Translations under genes and position numbers: made by a program
Assembly: GCA_046758445.1 (NCBI GenBank)
Contig: JBHIAE010000015.1
Coordinates: 1 to 61,322, forward strand
Source: Candidatus Thorarchaeota archaeon
GTDB taxonomy: Archaea > Asgardarchaeota > Thorarchaeia > Thorarchaeales > Thorarchaeaceae
Reading direction: 5' to 3'
DNA: 61,322 bases
Notes under the pieces: model-generated
Databases searched by the model: none
What the model was told of the DNA's origin: nothing
The model's input: only the letters and a program-made list of their open reading frames with translations
In this document: one piece after another, positions 58,810 to 61,322 of the stretch
Layout: every line of letters starts with the position of its first letter
Numbering within the stretch: position 1 is the first letter of the stretch

Positions 58810-61320
58810 TCAACCCGCATATTGAATCTCTTCAGCAATACTTGCTCTCAGATTCCTGACCACCACAAAGTAGGTTGCTGCCAGAGTAAACAGGACAGCT
58901 GCTCCAAGAATCATTGTGAGCAGAGGCACGGGGACAGCGAGCAGCACAGGAAGCCGGTTCCACAACAGTGCGGTTAATCTACCGATGTAGCTCAGTGGCA
59001 ACTGTATGACGAAGCTGGTCAACAATAGACCAACCATTGATCCAATGAGGGCTGCTATCACTATTCCTGTCGCTGATTCTATCAGCACTGATGAGAGTAT
59101 TGGCCTCGGGTCCGACCCAAGTGCTCTCATTATTGAGAACTGCCGTTTCAGCTTTCCAAACCTCACCATGGATACTATGAGGATGCCTGCAGTCAAGTAG
59201 AGTAGTGCAAAGATGACGTTCAGCGTATATGCACCGTAGATTGACTGGCCCGCCCTAGAGTCCAGGGCCGCGTCAACAAGGGCCTCAGCCGATTCAAGTT
59301 TCTCGAAGCTGTTAGGTGCGATCTCGTGAAGGTCGAACAGAGCCTGAGTGTAGTTCGCCCCTGGGTTGAGGTCGACGTAGATTCTGTTGATTCTAGTTGT
59401 GTTCAAGCAAGCATGAAGATAGTCAAGGTCAACGACCAGGAAGAACGTGACACTTGACTCTCCCGGAAGGTAGGTTCTCCCTCCCTGATAGCTCTCGGCC
59501 ATGACGTCTATGATGGTGGAGTCACTTATGTTTCTCCAATACTCACCCTCAAGCTCAAGTGTCACCTGGTCACCGTAGACAGGAGTGCGAACCCCACCAC
59601 TTATCGCATAGTGGTCAACTGGCTTGAAAGAAGAAAGGAGATTGGCGTGGTCTTCTAGAAGTAGAGGGATAGACGTCCAGGGACTGCCGTCCTTTGTGAA
59701 ATATGGCAGCCAGAACGCAGAATCGAGCCACTCAAGGGGTTGTACTCCATAGACTGCAATCGGGGTTCTGACAAACTCCCTAAATCCCGAGGAATCTGTT
59801 GTCCAATAGCTGACGAAGGCATCTGTCTCAAGAACTCCACTTGCATGGGCAACTCCCTCCACAGCGGATATGTTCCCAAGATGCGACAGTGTGACGTTCT
59901 CAAGCGATGACTTGACATCGATCTTGACATCGGCGCCAGTCTCGAAGTAGAGAACATCTCTCATGTGCGTGCTGGCGGTAGTGGCGGACAGCGAAGAGAA
60001 GACGCCAGCCGCGAAGACCATGGCGATGAACATCACTCCCAGCGCCTCGCTCTTCTTGAACAGACGAAGGTTTGCTGAGACCACTTTCGTTCCCGAGTAG
60101 AGTGACTTCCTCTTGATTCTAGCTAGAACCTTTGACTTGATCTCGGCGGCAGGACGTGACAGGAGCCGGGCGAAGGCGATTATGAAGATTCCAAGCATCG
60201 GAATGATGAAGGCCGCGAACAACATTGTGCCGTAGCCACTCATAGGTATGTAGGTCCACGCCAGTAGCATTGGAGAGAGGAGGTATCCAGTGATTCCCAG
60301 TGCGACGAGCTCGTAGCCTGGGCTGCCCATCGTCTCAGTCTCTAGAAGTACCTCTCTCTCGACTATGTCATGGGCCTCTGTGGCTGACATGATCAACGCT
60401 TTTACTGCCGAGGGCAGCGCGACAACGAAACCGACCACAAACGAGAACATGAAGACGGCTACCACAGCTTCTGTCTGAAGAAGCAGAGTGAACTCCGAGA
60501 GTCGCGTTAGGTCAAAGGACATGAGCTCTCGGACGGTTCCTGATAGAAGTGCTGAGAACCCCCCTACTAAGATTGCTCCGAAACTACCGATTATTCCGGT
60601 CGTCAAGGCACTGCTGAGAATCCAACGAAATGCCTGCCATCCAGACGACCCCCGAGTCTTCAGCGTTCCAATGTCCCGGCGCCTCTCATCGGCAAGCAAG
60701 TTGGAGTTGTACTGGACCAGGATGACTGCCATCACAAGGGTAGGTATTGAGAAGGCTAGAGCTATCGCTCGCATGGCTGTACCCCAGGCCACGTATTCAT
60801 AGACCGCAGCAGCCAAGGCAAAATGGCTGACCGCGGCAAACGGGAGAGTCCTCTGTTCAATCCTGTGTTCTAGGTCCTCCATGGCCCCGATTGCATCTGG
60901 TTCGAAGACGATTGCGTGGTCAACAGTCGCCCATATCTCGGTCTGTACGGCATTCCAAGAGTCACGACTGACCTCCTGAAATCCCTCCACGAGCCCTTCT
61001 GTCGTTGTGACCATGAAGAGGGAGGTTGACAGAGGCGCGCCCCACTCGTACTCATGCATGAATAGTGAGGTCGTGAACGACCCAACTATCGTATAGTTAC
61101 GTTCGACGAAATACCAGTCATCGCTCGTTTCATTATAGGCTTCAACCGAAACAGTCGCATTGTCACCAATGTGAAGTCCGTACCTTGTCATTCTGCCACG
61201 TTCGACTATGCATGTAGTCGAGTTGAGGCCCGTATGACCATCTATGATGCCTATAGCATCTGAGAATGTTTCGAAGAAGGACTCGTTGACGCCGATATGG
61301 ACTCTAAAGGCCTCCCTCCA
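58810..61320 (-). CDS. FtsX/MacB-like ABC transporter permease (5' end outside window)
   Basis: ERRRDIGTLKTRG and RQFSIMRALG FtsX motifs; two TM clusters; frame stays open to the window edge. Confidence 0.88.
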   Translation of the reverse strand, partial: WREAFRVHIGVNESFFETFSDAIGIIDGHTGLNSTTCIVERGRMTRYGLHIGDNATVSVEAYNETSDDWYFVERNYTIVGSFTTSLFMHEYEWGAPLSTSLFMVTTTEGLVEGFQEVSRDSWNAVQTEIWATVDHAIVFEPDAIGAMEDLEHRIEQRTLPFAAVSHFALAAAVYEYVAWGTAMRAIALAFSIPTLVMAVILVQYNSNLLADERRRDIGTLKTRGSSGWQAFRWILSSALTTGIIGSFGAILVGGFSALLSGTVRELMSFDLTRLSEFTLLLQTEAVVAVFMFSFVVGFVVALPSAVKALIMSATEAHDIVEREVLLETETMGSPGYELVALGITGYLLSPMLLAWTYIPMSGYGTMLFAAFIIPMLGIFIIAFARLLSRPAAEIKSKVLARIKRKSLYSGTKVVSANLRLFKKSEALGVMFIAMVFAAGVFSSLSATTASTHMRDVLYFETGADVKIDVKSSLENVTLSHLGNISAVEGVAHASGVLETDAFVSYWTTDSSGFREFVRTPIAVYGVQPLEWLDSAFWLPYFTKDGSPWTSIPLLLEDHANLLSSFKPVDHYAISGGVRTPVYGDQVTLELEGEYWRNISDSTIIDVMAESYQGGRTYLPGESSVTFFLVVDLDYLHACLNTTRINRIYVDLNPGANYTQALFDLHEIAPNSFEKLESAEALVDAALDSRAGQSIYGAYTLNVIFALLYLTAGILIVSMVRFGKLKRQFSIMRALGSDPRPILSSVLIESATGIVIAALIGSMVGLLLTSFVIQLPLSYIGRLTALLWNRLPVLLAVPVPLLTMILGAAVLFTLAATYFVVVRNLRASIAEEIQYAG

Positions 61321-61322
61321 GT

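Noticed and set aside
1-61322. Numerous antisense/shadow ORFs in the six-frame track
   Set aside because: They lie within well-supported genes on another frame or strand and carry no recognisable motifs.

Overview
This looks like chromosomal DNA of an Asgard archaeon, most likely Thorarchaeia. That is inferred from eukaryotic-signature-like genes (longin, Rab-like GTPase, gelsolin-like, Vps62-like, GOLD) and archaeal GGTGA/TATA signals. The first 21 kb is mostly metabolic: a porCDAB 2-oxoacid:ferredoxin oxidoreductase operon, a ThDP enzyme/Zn-ADH/SCP2/GDPD operon, a damaged longin-GTPase locus, a gelsolin-like gene, GNAT, GH38 mannosidase, Vps62-like, Ldh_2, nadB and a glycosidase-like gene. 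The best candidate for an undescribed system is the tightly coupled cell-surface operon at 21.6-38 kb. It encodes an ABC-2 permease, an ABC ATPase fused to TrmB-like sugar-sensing domains, an apparently non-catalytic Site-1-protease-like S8+GIFT membrane protein, a second ATPase, a 2250-aa beta-propeller/Ca-binding-repeat surface protein with a cytoplasmic Ig-like tail, and a TPR protein. At 39.5-41.3 kb is a solo TnpB with a Fanzor-like rearranged RuvC site. The 44.6-58.7 kb accessory region holds an iteron/inverted-repeat module, small element-like ORFs, a HEPN fragment, two 'secreted 118-aa beta protein + hairpin + membrane genes' cassettes and four copies of a variable 4-TM domain. I saw no rRNA, tRNA or CRISPR array. 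All family calls come from reading motifs by eye; no database searches were run.
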